From positions 28,646,001 through 28,710,000 of the forward strand of contig NW_024704743.1 in NCBI RefSeq assembly GCF_018977255.1: DNA of 64,000 nucleotides, read 5' to 3'. The notes below the pieces were generated by a model that was given only the letters and a program-made list of their open reading frames with translations, was not told the origin of the DNA and made no database searches. Positions 38,701 to 49,545 of this stretch are shown piece after piece. Position 1 is the first letter of the stretch. Every line of letters begins with the position of its first letter. A program made the position numbers and the translations under genes. The DNA comes from Callorhinchus milii (Eukaryota).

Positions 38701-41700
38701 TCTCTCTGGCTCTTTCACTCTCTCTTTGAGTATTTCCAACTTTATATTGGGGAGGACAAGTTTACAGGGCTATGGGGACAGAGCGCGGGTAGGGGTGGGA
38801 TTGATTTGGATAGCTCTTTTAAAAGAGCCAGCACAGACACGATTGGCCGAATGGCCTCCTTCTGTGCTGTATAATTCTGTGATATCACTCTAAGTCTTTT
38901 CGACTTTCCGAGTTTCTCGTTATTTCTGACTCTTTCTAAATTTCTTTCAGTAACTTTCTATCTCAGTCGCTTTGACTTTTCACTCTCTAACATTTCTCTC
39001 TCCCTAACTTTACGTTCTCTTTGGCATTCTCTTTTCTGTGAGTCTAACTTGTCCGTAAGCCGACTGCACCTACATCAATTGCTTAGTAAACACACTTAGA
39101 TTTGAAATAACCTCATTTTGTTGGATGACAGTTGCAGTGTGTAGGAAGAAACATGTTCCTGGCAATCTCATGTCCACGTGCTCAACTAGTACATTTTGCC
39201 CTGATTGAACTTCCACATTGGAGCCTGATGCATAAGAACATAAGAAAAGCTAGACGAAAAAAGACCAAGGTCTATCTAGTTCACCTTCCACCTTCCTGGC
39301 GGTTGCATGCACATATGTCCCAAACTACCTGTGTACTGTATCCCATAATGTTATTTCCTAATAGGACAGGCAGATAGTCAGAATGTGGATACATGGTGTC
39401 ATTTAAACTGTGATAATAGAATTGAAATTTGGCCCACACCAGGGAAAATTTGGGGACTGGGCTTTACCTTATCACTTGGTTGCGTTATTAGTTAACAGCT
39501 AGTCATAACTAGGCAATTATCTAACACTGGCCATCAAAGCTTTAAAAACTCTTCTGAAATAATTAATTATGCAATAATTAAATAACCAGTTTTACATCTG
39601 GATTCATAACCTGTGCATATTTGACATTGTGTAACATGTTTGTCTGGTTTAAAACATATGTGAATATTCATTTTTGGAGTTACGTCTGTATCTTGCTAAT
39701 CGGCACTGGCAAAACTAATGGAGGCACAACCGACGTCAAGCCTAACCATTGTGACAGAATTGGGGGAGTCATAGGTTATTGACTGCCCTCACTGACTGCA
39801 TTTTATCAACCATGTTTTAACAAGACACTCATACGGACAACTCCTGTTGCCTTATCTGTAGCAATATATGAAACAATAAAAGAAGGAACAAGAGGAGGCC
39901 ATTTAACTAATCAAGCCTTTAGCTTTGCCCAAGTTAATTTCCATTCAAAATTAGAATTCATCTTTGTCAGGGGCCAGGACCAGGAGCTTCCTGCTGACAG
40001 TAAAGATGTTGATGTACCACTTAAGATAGCAAGGTTGGACTTCTTGAAGTTCCTGATTGCAGGAAAAGGACATAGGTTGAGCACTGATCCAAAAAAACAA
40101 AGCAGCAATTGTTTCATTTTGAGGCATGGGGTCATTTTAAAAATAAATACTTGGTGCTGATTGGAAACTCCAGTATAAGTTTGGAAAATCATGAGCAGAT
40201 GGTGATTTATGTTGTCCCTGGTGTATGTAAAATGGCTGAAGGAGTGTTTACCCCATAGAGCTAAGAAGAAATTTACATGTGGTTCTAGGCATTTCATTTC
40301 TGGCACTCACCACCACTCCAAATATAGGTGATACATTTAACTGTATTGTTAAATGTGTCCTCTAGAACTGTGCTGAAACACCAATCTGTTTTAACTTCCG
40401 TGACGTTGGCAACGGAGAGTCGACTGCAACACATCCAGCATTTGCTATTTAGATTTTTTTGCAAATTTTACAAACGCGTTCCTGTAGAATCTATGGATGT
40501 ATTGTGTTAATGGGCAGGTTTATATCTGTGTGGTGGCAAAATAGGCTGTTCAGAATAAATTAAGGATTTGTATTGTATGTGGAATCTGGGATTTGTAATG
40601 ATTGGGTAGAATAATAGAAATCAGCGTAGTAATAATAAGAGGCGACTTGTGATTTGATCCATCCATTGGTAATAATATGCAAGGGAGCAAAAATTGCAAT
40701 ATGTGATGTATTTATTACTGTTGATAATTATCACCTCAGTAATAAATACAGTCAATCAGACCAGGCGATAATTAAATATGTGAGTACCCCCTCATCCAAC
40801 TCCAGTGCATTGGTTAAGTCCGAAGCCACCATTGGAGTTACCAGCCATGACCTTAAATGACGGTCAGCAGAATACTGACTTAAATTTAATTTATTTTTGG
40901 AGTTACATCTGTATCTTGCTAATCGTCACTGGCAATTCCAATGTAGGCACAGCCAACTTCAAGCCTAACCATTAGGACTTAATTGGGGGAGTTGTAAGTT
41001 ATTGACTGACCTCACTGACTGCATTTTATCAATGATGTGATTTCTTATTACCACTGACGATTAACACACCATCGGTCGCAAATTTTCACCATAAAGCTTT
41101 ACCCGTGTGAATGCGGTAATGGCAAAGGTTATGCCTCAGCTGGAATAATGTGTCCAATTCCAGGCACCACACTTTAGGAAGGATATCAAGGCCTTAGTGA
41201 GAGTGCAGATGAGATTTACCAGGGATGAGGGGCTTTAGTAGTATGGGGAGACTAGAGAAGCTGGGATTATTCTCCTTAAAGCAGCGAAGGTTAAGGTTAT
41301 AGTTATAGAGGTTTTCAAATTTATGAGGGGTTTTGATAGAGTAGATAGGGAGAAACTGTTTCCACTGGTAAGTGGGTTGATAACCAAGGGGCATAGATTT
41401 CAAGATAATTGGCAAAAAAAACAGGGGGAAAATGAGGAGAATTTTTTTTACACAGATAGTTGTTATGGTCTGGAATGCACTGCCTGAAATGTTGGTGGAA
41501 ACAGATTCAATAACAACTTTCAAAAGGGAATTGGATAGGCACTTGAAAAGGAAAAATTTGCAAGGATATGGGGAAAGAGTGGGACTGATTGGGTAGCTCT
41601 TCCATAGAGCAGGCACAGGCACCGTGGGCCAAATGTCCTCCTTCAGTGCTGTAATATTCTATGATTATGAATGCAATGTTTGATCTGTAAGTGCTCTTAA

Positions 41701-42935
41701 AGCATGTAGATTTTAAAATAGTGTTTGTGATTTGATGGGTAAGACCAAAGTATGGATACGAATCAGGGTTATAGTGGTGACTTAATTTGATAATAGCATA
41801 CCAATACCGTAGTATGATCATGTAAAATCATAGCCCATGTGATAGGTATAAGTTGAATGCTCAATAGCTACTGGAATTGTTTGCATTATTTGATTTATGT
41901 ACTTTGATAATACACATTCTTTGTCATTTTACTTGTGGGGTGGTGAGGTGGATGCAATTTTGTTGCTGTGGCATTTGATCAATCTAGCGATAGCACATTA
42001 CTTGGTAGGAAGTAGTGGTAAAAAGGTTTATTCTCTGTGCAGGGGTAGCACAGGCCGAATTCCTGTTTGCTAGTTGTGAAATTACAGGAAAGATCTCTAT
42101 GAGATTCAATTGAAAAATTGAGAAAAGAATATTTCCGCAGTATTGAGAAGGCCGTTTGCTTTTTGACATTCTGTCAAAGTTTATGGGCCTTTTCTGAGCT
42201 GAGAAATCGACTTTCATCTGTCATGCCTATTCCACCTAGGCCTGTTGCTGCTGTCTTTGTCATTGACATGGTGTCAACTGCTACACTGATATTATTTTGA
42301 ATAGTCTTTCATTAACTGTGATCTCCCTTTGGCCTCTTCTCTTCATGCTCAACAGAGTTCCTTGGTTGATTGGTCTTGAAACCCCATAAACAAAAAGGGA
42401 TTTTTGAGACTTGAGTCTTTCAGCCCACAAAGTCTCCTTACAGCTCATATTGTAAAATTAGAGCGTGGTGGACTGTATGTAAGAGTCCCCAAAATGTATC
42501 ACGTTCTTGAGTCTAAGAACATCCCTAAGTATATTCATCTTTAGGGATAATGTTAGTCATCAGTGATGCCCTATTCTGAGACTTAAGATCATTGTATCAA
42601 AATTTACAATTCTGTGGAAGTTTGGAAAGAAACATAAATTCAGTCTTAATTTGCATGCAGATTTTCACAGCTGTTTTTAGAATTGATAATTTTGCGATGT
42701 TTTAACCATGTGATATAGTGAAACAATATGTATACAGTAAATGTTTCAAACATATTCTCAAGCAAAAATAACTGTTATTGTTCCTTATCTTTAGATCGAG
42801 CCAGTGTTTGCCAGACAGCTATATTATTTCGCTCAACAGAACAGTGGACATTTTCTCAGAGGGTATGACTTGCCTGATCATGTGAACAACGCGGAGGATT
42901 ATCACAGATCCATTCGACACCAGATCCAAGATTAA
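29506..42935 (+). CDS. IRF4: Interferon regulatory factor 4, complete spliced CDS join(29506..29706,32314..32500,33145..33236,33350..33482,34479..34583,36847..37212,37756..37868,42795..42935); 1338 nt, 445 aa
   Basis: All 7 introns are GT-AG with consistent phases (0,1,0,1,1,1,0) and there are no internal stops. Tryptophan-repeat IRF DNA-binding domain, IAD domain and IRF4-diagnostic segments HHWQGPACEN and RQLYYFAQQNSGHFLRGYDLP are present. Confidence 0.97.
29736..30170 (+). repeat. Pentamer array GGGAT/GGGGT/GGAGT at the start of IRF4 intron 2
   Basis: Direct reading. Confidence 0.92.
32314..32500 (+). CDS. IRF4: IRF4 exon 3: second half of the DNA-binding domain
   Basis: ttttcaag|GCC acceptor; AWALFKGKFREGFDKPDPPTWKTRLRCALNKSNDFEELVDRSQLDISDPYKVYRIVPEGAKK; AAG|gtaaat donor; 187 nt. 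Confidence 0.97.
32615..33052 (+). mobile_element. Deu-domain SINE, family B (SacSINE1/AmnSINE1-like), in IRF4 intron 3
   Basis: Head ctctgagtcagaaggtcgtgggttcaagcccc; central atgagacattaagccgaggtccc...caggtggacgttaaagatcccatggcacta...gtgtcctgg matches the Deu domain as I recall it; 3' tail shared with family A. Confidence 0.8.
33145..33236 (+). CDS. IRF4: IRF4 exon 4 (linker)
   Basis: cagcag|GA acceptor; GAKQMSLEEPQILINHHSYTVPSTYSSLQTQ; CAA|gtaagc donor; absent from the ORF track. Confidence 0.9.
33350..33482 (+). CDS. IRF4: IRF4 exon 5 (linker)
   Basis: tttcag|ATG; MPSYMVPHERTWRDYEPPHPEHYPCSGVPFAARNHHWQGPACEN; ATG|gtaaga donor. Confidence 0.93.
33573..33747. mobile_element. hAT (Charlie-like) MITE, 175 bp, in IRF4 intron 5
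   Basis: Imperfect TIRs CAACGGTGGCCAGCCT / AGGTTGGCTGCCACTG; 8-bp TSD gtccagga / gtctagga. Confidence 0.7.
34479..34583 (+). CDS. IRF4: IRF4 exon 6
   Basis: ttccag|CT; AYQVTGSFYACSPADPQAPGIPIEPMRSAEGLSLS (compare mammalian CQVTGTFYACAPPESQAPG); CAG|gtaagc donor. Confidence 0.93.
36847..37212 (+). CDS. IRF4: IRF4 exon 7 (IRF association domain)
   Basis: ttacag|AC; DFRLQICLYYRETLVREMTTTSPDGCRI...LLSHLERGVLLWMLPDGLYAKRLCQSRIYWEGPLA...KLFDTQQFLA; CAG|gtaaca donor. Confidence 0.96.
37756..37868 (+). CDS. IRF4: IRF4 exon 8
   Basis: caacag|AG; ELQGYAYHGRPLPRFQIVFCFGEEFPDPQRSRKLITAR; CGC|gtaagt donor; 113 nt. Confidence 0.95.
38063..38535 (+). mobile_element. CR1 LINE 3' fragment in IRF4 intron 8
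   Basis: RFRRMIPEMRGYSYEQRLERLGLFLLEQRMLRDGMIEVFKIM, followed by a CR1-type 3' UTR. Confidence 0.85.
38745..38883 (+). mobile_element. CR1 3'-terminal fragment
   Basis: gatagctctttt...gccagcacagacacgattggccgaatggcctccttctgtgctgt, the same end as the 41140-41668 copy. Confidence 0.75.
39670..41032 (+). repeat. Two 140-bp direct repeats (39670-39809 and 40893-41032)
   Basis: Ungapped alignment atttttggagttac..tctgtatcttgctaatc...ctcactgactgcattttatcaa; offset 1223 bp. Confidence 0.9.
41140..41668 (+). mobile_element. CR1 LINE 3' fragment in IRF4 intron 8
   Basis: RLEKLGLFSLKQRRLR-type coding remnant and 3' end ...gtgctgtaatattctatgatt. Confidence 0.85.
42795..42935 (+). CDS. IRF4: IRF4 exon 9, coding part with stop codon
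   Basis: ctttag|ATC; IEPVFARQLYYFAQQNSGHFLRGYDLPDHVNNAEDYHRSIRHQIQD, then TAA at 42933-42935. Confidence 0.95.
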   Translation: MEPVFARQLYYFAQQNSGHFLRGYDLPDHVNNAEDYHRSIRHQIQD

Positions 42936-43560
42936 GAATTTTCAAAGCAAATCCATTTTACAACTCAATTCAATAAGAAATAGCTACAGATTTGCCACTT
43001 TGGAGTTCCAGTAAAGAGAGGTATCTTTCGTGCCTGTCACCTTGTGAACAACCATGGGATATAGGAAGTGGCTTAACCTGTTTTAAGGACATTTGCTGCT
43101 CTGCTTTGCCATGTGACTTTGTGGATGAATACAATACTTTGACAAACTGACTTTCAATAGATGATTCCAGCGATCATCATGCTGTTTACATTTGTGAGCT
43201 AAATGCTAACCAGTAAATTTGTGTACATCCACTGACACACTCTTTGTGGAGACATGTAATATTTATTTTGGAATATGACAATCTCAGGGCAATTATGGTT
43301 TAATTTTTTACATCCCACAGATGTAGAAGTGATTTATGGGATATAGTATCCTAAGCTTTTATACTTTTTTTTACACAGTATTTCAAAATGTTTAAAATTA
43401 GTTAATTGTTTTCAGGTTTTGCAAAAAAAAATCAAAATAAAGCTTTTTTTAAAAAAATCTAATTTTTTAAAAGAAACAAATTTGATGTGATGGTTATTTG
43501 GAATTTTACCAAGTAGGTATTTGTTCAATGAAAGTGTTCCATATTCTTCTCATTATTAAA
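42936..43560 (+). other. IRF4: IRF4 3' UTR with candidate polyadenylation signals
   Basis: Follows the stop codon; AATAAA 43436-43441 and ATTAAA 43555-43560; miR-30 and miR-125 seed matches; true end unknown. Confidence 0.6.
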
Positions 43561-44012
43561 CAAAAACTATCTTCAGGAGAACGGTGAGTAAGGGCATGAA
43601 AAGACAAACAAAAGATTCCTGAAAATGACAAGATAGACACAATGCAACAAATGTTTATAATATAAACTATTGGTTAGATAGTGATTAAAATTAGCATCAG
43701 ACCAGTATTTTGAGGCTTCCTGTTTTCATGTTAGTCTCAGTCAAATTCAAATGACCCTTTAATGTTTGTCAGCAGTCATGTAATTACTAGGGCACCAGAC
43801 ATATTGAACAGAATAGATTTTCTCCCTGGTACGTACAGCTGATTTGCAAATGATTTTGGTATGTTGTGCAATACTGTCACATTGTGTACTGTGGAAATAG
43901 CCTTCATTGTGTTTATTCAAACATATATCTATCTTCAGTTTGTTTCTGTATAGGCCACAGGCTACAATTTTCGATGTCAGTTGTTTATCAGTTGACAAGG
44001 CTAAACTAGTGC

Positions 44013-45525
44013 AGGAACATAGGAACAGGAGTAGGCCATTCAGCCCGTCGAGCCTGTTCCACCATTTAATTAGATCATGGGCTGATCTATACCTTTACTA
44101 GAATTTCAAATCCAATTTCCCACTTTCTCTCCGTATCTCTTAATACCCCGACCTACCAAAAATCTGTCAATCTCCATCTTGAAGGTGTGGATGGATCCAG
44201 CATCCACAGTCTTTTGGGGGAGAGAATTCCAGATTTCTACCACCTTTTGAGTGAAAAAATGCTTCCCAATTTCAGTCTTAAATGGTCTGGTTCTAATGTT
44301 AAGACTATGCCCCTTGTTTTGCATTCCCCCAACATAGGAAATAGCTTTTCTGCATCTACCTTATCAAATCCTTTTACAATCCTAAAAACCTCTATCAAAT
44401 CACCTCTCAGTCTTCTAAACTCAAGGGAATACAATCCAAGTTTACGCAGCTTTTTCTTGTAACTTAACCCTTTTTGGCCTGATAACATTCTGGTGAACCT
44501 GCGCTGCACCCCCTCCAGGGCCAATATATCTTTCCTGTGGTGTGGTGCTCAAAACTGAACGCAGTACTCCAGGTGGGGTCTAATTAACGCTCTAGCACAG
44601 CTGAAGCATCATTTCTTCCCCTTTGTATTCCAGGCCTCTCGAGATAAAGGCCAACATACCATTTGCCTTTTTGATTGTGTTTGGCACCTGGGAACTAGTT
44701 TTTAGTGATTTGCGGATATAGACACCCAAATCTTTTTGCTCTTCCACAGTTCTTAATTTCTCCCCATTAAGAAAGTATTCTGCCCTATCTTTTTTCGGTC
44801 CATAGTGGATGACCTCACACTTCCCTGTATTGAACTCCATCTGCCACAGCTTTGCCCACTCACTTAATCTGTCTAAGTTTCTCTGTAACTTCCTTCTCCC
44901 ATCTTCACTACTTGCTGAGCTTCCTATCTTAGTGTCATCCGCAAACTTGGATATAAAACTTTCTATTTCTTCATTCAAGTCATTTATGTATATGGGAAAA
45001 AGCTGAGGTCCCAGTACGGACCCCTGGGGACACTTGTCACATCCCCTCAATCAGAGAACGTTCCCTTAATCCCTACCCTCTGTTTTCTGCCTCCCAACCA
45101 ATTGCAGAGCCACGTCACAAGGTTACCTCTGATTCTGTGCACCTCTATTTTTGCTTATAATCTTTTGTGTGGAACCTTATCAAATGCCTTCTGAAAGTCC
45201 ATGTAAACGATCATCCATAGACACTCTCCTATCGACCATTTTAGTGACTTCCTCAAAACATTCAACTAGATTAGTTAGGTACGACCTACCCTTTACAAAC
45301 CCATGCTGACTCCCTTTGATAAGCTCATACCTCTCCAAATGTTCAGTCTCTCTGTCCCTGATGATGGATTCCAGTAATTTCCCTACAACTGACGTTAAAC
45401 TGATAGGTCTGTAATTTCTTGGTTTCTCCCTCCTTCCCTTCTTAAATAAAGGAGTGACATTGGGAATTTTCCAATCTAAGGGCACAATTCCCGAATCTAG
45501 TGAGCTTTGGAAAATCATGACCAAT
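44013..45525 (-). mobile_element. CR1-clade LINE, 5'-truncated (RT and 3' UTR)
   Basis: KKGRREKPRNYRPISLTSVVGKLLESII, SQHGFVKGRSYLTNL, PQGSVLGPQLFPIYINDL, ISKFADDTKIG, LGLYSLEFRRLRGDLIEVF; CR1-type 3' end ggcctactcctgttcctatgttcc. Confidence 0.93.
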
Positions 45526-45758
45526 GCAACTGCAATTTGACCATGAATCAGAAAAGCAAATAATCATTTTGGGCTCAATAATAATTCATTAAAAAAAGAT
45601 TTTTTGCTCTTATTTTTAATGTCTGTCGTAGTTGTGTGGTTGCACAAGAAAGATTTACCTTAAGAGTTGTGAACAAGAGCCAATAGATCCATTTCCCAGA
45701 CAACTTGTTATTTTAGAGCAACTATTGTTTTACCAATGGTAGTATTGTGACAGACTTG

Positions 45759-46068
45759 AGGAGACCTGTAGCTCAGTGGTTAGAGCACTCACCTCACAAG
45801 CGAGAGACCTGGGTTTGATTCCCAGCAGGGCGAAACCTTGGGCAAGTTTTCTTACTCCACTAGCCTGATAATAATCCTTCGGAAAAAAANCAATAATAAA
45901 ATTGGTCACTTCAATCCACAACTGTTTGTGGGACACTGCTGTGCGCAATTGGCTGCTGCGTTTCGCCCACAAATATACAGTCAATTCACTTTACAGACAA
46001 TTCTATGAAGCGCTTTGAGATGTCTAGAAGACGTGAAAAAGCTCTATATCAAACCAAGGATTATTATT
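45759..46068 (+). mobile_element. SINE family A, near full length
   Basis: gtagctcagtggttagagcactcacctcacaagcgagagacctgggtttgattcc head; ATT tail. Confidence 0.88.
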
Positions 46069-49000
46069 AAAGTCAGACTTTGGAAATAGAGCGCAGGGAG
46101 TGAGGAATGTAGTGGTGTCTTACAATCGTAAGAAAAGTATGCTGGGGAAAGGAAGATCACCTTTAAACAATAAATAGAAAAGCTTCTCTTCACTCTTCTA
46201 AACATTTATAAATCTACTCATTGGCTAGCCAAACATATCATTATTGTCTAAGTGCCACTTCAGACTCATTTTCAACAGACTTTTTTTTGACAGAGTTGGT
46301 TTATAGGAACCAGCTTTTAAAACTTGCACAATCATTGCACACAACAGTTAAGTGTCTGAAAGGCTCAGGGTTTATTTTGGACTAGTGACCTGTGGGCTAA
46401 TTAAAGACATCACTGATTCCCTGACAGATGCTCTAAGGAGCTTTTTTCCCTATTTGTGAGCTGAGCTGGAAGGGCACAATCACATTCAGAAGAGATGGGG
46501 AAAATTCTCAAAAGGTGGAAATCTGCAGCAAAAACAGATAATACGGGAAATTCAGTGCAGCTTATTCAGCATCTAAAAGAGAAAGACTGGTTACTGTTCA
46601 GGGAAGCGCCTTCATCATCTTTCTTATTTAGCACAAACATTTTCAATTCTCCTGCAACTAGTCCTTACAGAGGCATATTTTGATCCCAAAAAGAAATACT
46701 TGACACAAGTGCAACTCCAATACCAGTTTTATTCTGCACTTTCAACCTAGCAATTTTCAAGTTGAATCAATACTAAAAGCGTAAAATGGTTTCTGATTAA
46801 CAAGTATTTGACATCATGTTTGGTTAGAACTAAAAATATTGAATTTCCATTGCTGTGCCACAATCATTTTTTTCAAAAAAAATAGCAATTTACTTCCCCA
46901 AAATGGCTCAGTGAATCAATTTAGATAATGGTTGAAGCTACACAGAATAATAAAAATAATAATATAATAATATAATAGTCTTTGCATTTGATATAGCACC
47001 CTGTAACATCATTGAGATGTCTGAAAGTACTTCATAGGATATATATACTGTACAGTGGATTTATTGTGGATTTTGTAGGTGAAATGTCCACAAAAAGATT
47101 TAGGAAAAGGACCCAGATTTGATCTCTGGTCTTTGCGAGTTAGCTGATCTCATATAGGGTGAAAATAAGGGTTTCAATGCCATGGCCCATGGTAAGGGAG
47201 GGGAACATTCAACTAAGGCTTCCCACATTCCTGATTGATATTCACCTAGATATGCTGTGCATGGGCATGAGTGAGGACAAAATGAGATTTGAGCTTTGAC
47301 AGTGAATATCAGCTCCTGAATAGCTTTGTGACACACTGTCAAAGCTCATTCATGAAGAACAGCTTCTCGGAAAACCTACTGAAGGTTGAGTGGTGGGGGG
47401 GAGGACAACTTATTATTATTATTGTGAATAATAATAGAGGGATGTTTAATACTTTCAGGACAGGAATAAAGGTTAGAGAATTGGTAGAGAAAATTGCTGC
47501 TCTTCGTGAGTTAGAAACATGTACAGATTATACTTTGAGTGGCCACAACTCTTAACTCAGCTGCTGTGTAATTCTCATGTGATCTGATGTAAATAGATGT
47601 AGATAAAGTAGAAAACACAATTCATTTCAGTTGCATAGCATTAGGCTTATTTTAAAAGAAGACTTGAAAAAATGACCCATTGAAGGAAAGTAGTTTTCAA
47701 ATGGTAAATGTGCGAATGGTAAATGTTTTCAAATGGTAAAAGTGTCAGCAACAGGAATTAATAAATCGATGGCAGTGGCTTGTTATCCCTAGTGCTGTAT
47801 TTCCTATTCAGAATGGAAATTTGACCAACTCCCCGATCACTCTGAACTCGTACAATTTACGATAAAAACTAACCACAGGGTTGAACAATAATATGTCACA
47901 GAGTATATTTAAGCTGTCAAATGGTTTGTTGGAAAACTGGGTAAAGGTAAAACGTCATGCTTTAGAGCAACTTGATTGGCACAGCAGATGTTTACATCAC
48001 TGTGTGTGGGAACGGGCGGAGGTGGGGAAACACCAAACACATCCTGTGTGCACAATGATCAGAACAGGAAGCTTCCACCATTCACAAAATTAGCGGGGCT
48101 CACCGTAGTAATTTTTCTTACAGCAGCTTTCAAGTTCTACACCTGGCATCAAGCACAGAAGATTGATAGCTTTTAATATTTTGCTTTTTTGACAGGGGTT
48201 GTGCTCAGTTCTTCTCTCCTGGTATGGTCCCTATCATTATAACCTCTCATCAGGCTGAAGGCAGTTTGTGCATTACAGTTCTCTGGTACTGTTGAACCAC
48301 AATACTTCCATTACAGAAATGATTTCTGTATTTTACATGAAAACCACACAAGAAAGAATGTAACTGAATTAAATGAGGTTTGGGCTTCTTATTTCTGGGT
48401 CAATTCCACAAATATAACTTGCCAGTTTATTTAATAATGTAATAATCCTTACATTTGGCATAGACCTATAAAGTCAAGAATGGCTCAAAGTGATTCACTA
48501 CATTTCTGAAAAGGGCAATATTTTGCAGACAAATGCAGGAGGAAATTTGTGCACAGCAATGTCCCACAAAGAGACATGAAGTGAATGATCAATTTTATCT
48601 GAAAGATTTTTTCTGCCCAGGGCAACGGGAGAAACTAATCAGAATTTATAAAAATAATGAATTGCAACTTTATAGTGCGAGCACCCATTTTAAATGGACA
48701 CCTTTATTCACTATATTGACGAGATCCATTTGGAAAATGCATTTGTTTAAAGTTAAAGTAAGCACAGTAAATAGAACTCATTAAAAAAGGAACTCAAAGA
48801 AAGAAATACTTAATGCTTTCAAGAAAGTATTTGATACAATAAAACAAAATAAACTTAAGGCAGATTCCATGTTCAGGTATCATTGACATTCAGTTTTAGG
48901 CTTGAAATTCCACCCAGTCCTAATAATAATAACAATAATAATAATCTTTGCATTTGGTATTGCGCCTTTCACTTCAGGAGGACATCTCAAAGTACTTCAC

Positions 49001-49276
49001 AGCATCTACTGTGAAGTGGAGTGGCTGTGAATTTGTAGGCAAACCCGCAGCCAATTTGCACAGAGCAATACCCCACAAACAGCTTTAATTTTAGCCTGTA
49101 AGACAATATTGTCTTAAAAGTTACTCTTAAAATCTTAATTTAGAAGCCGTTTTTCTGCAATATTTAAAAGGAAAATTCAGTTAATGAAAACACCTCAACT
49201 TCTGGATCTCAGTATCATATTACCATCCAACTGGCACTGCATTGTTTGAAGTACAGTCTTTCGGAACAGATTTAAA

Positions 49277-49545
49277 GCACTCGCCTCGCAAGTGAGAAGA
49301 ACTGGGTTAGATTCCTGACAGGGCGAAACCTGAGACAAGTTTCCTTACTCCATACGCCTCTGTGTACCTAGCAGTAAGTAGGAACCCAGTTATTAGTTGA
49401 TTGGTGGATTGCTTTTCCAGGGGTAATAATCTCTTAAAAAAAACATGTGGTCACTCAATCCACGACTGTTTGTGGGACACTGATGTGCGCAATTGGATGC
49501 CACGTTTCGCCCACAAATATACAGTCAATTGACTTTACAGTATAT
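49277..49545 (+). mobile_element. SINE family A, partial
   Basis: Same head remnant and body as the other family A copies. Confidence 0.8.

Noticed and set aside
45764..45835. tRNA-like sequences with A and B boxes (also ~830-895, 10720-10785, 19820-19890)
   Set aside because: They are SINE heads continuing into SINE bodies, without a proper acceptor stem
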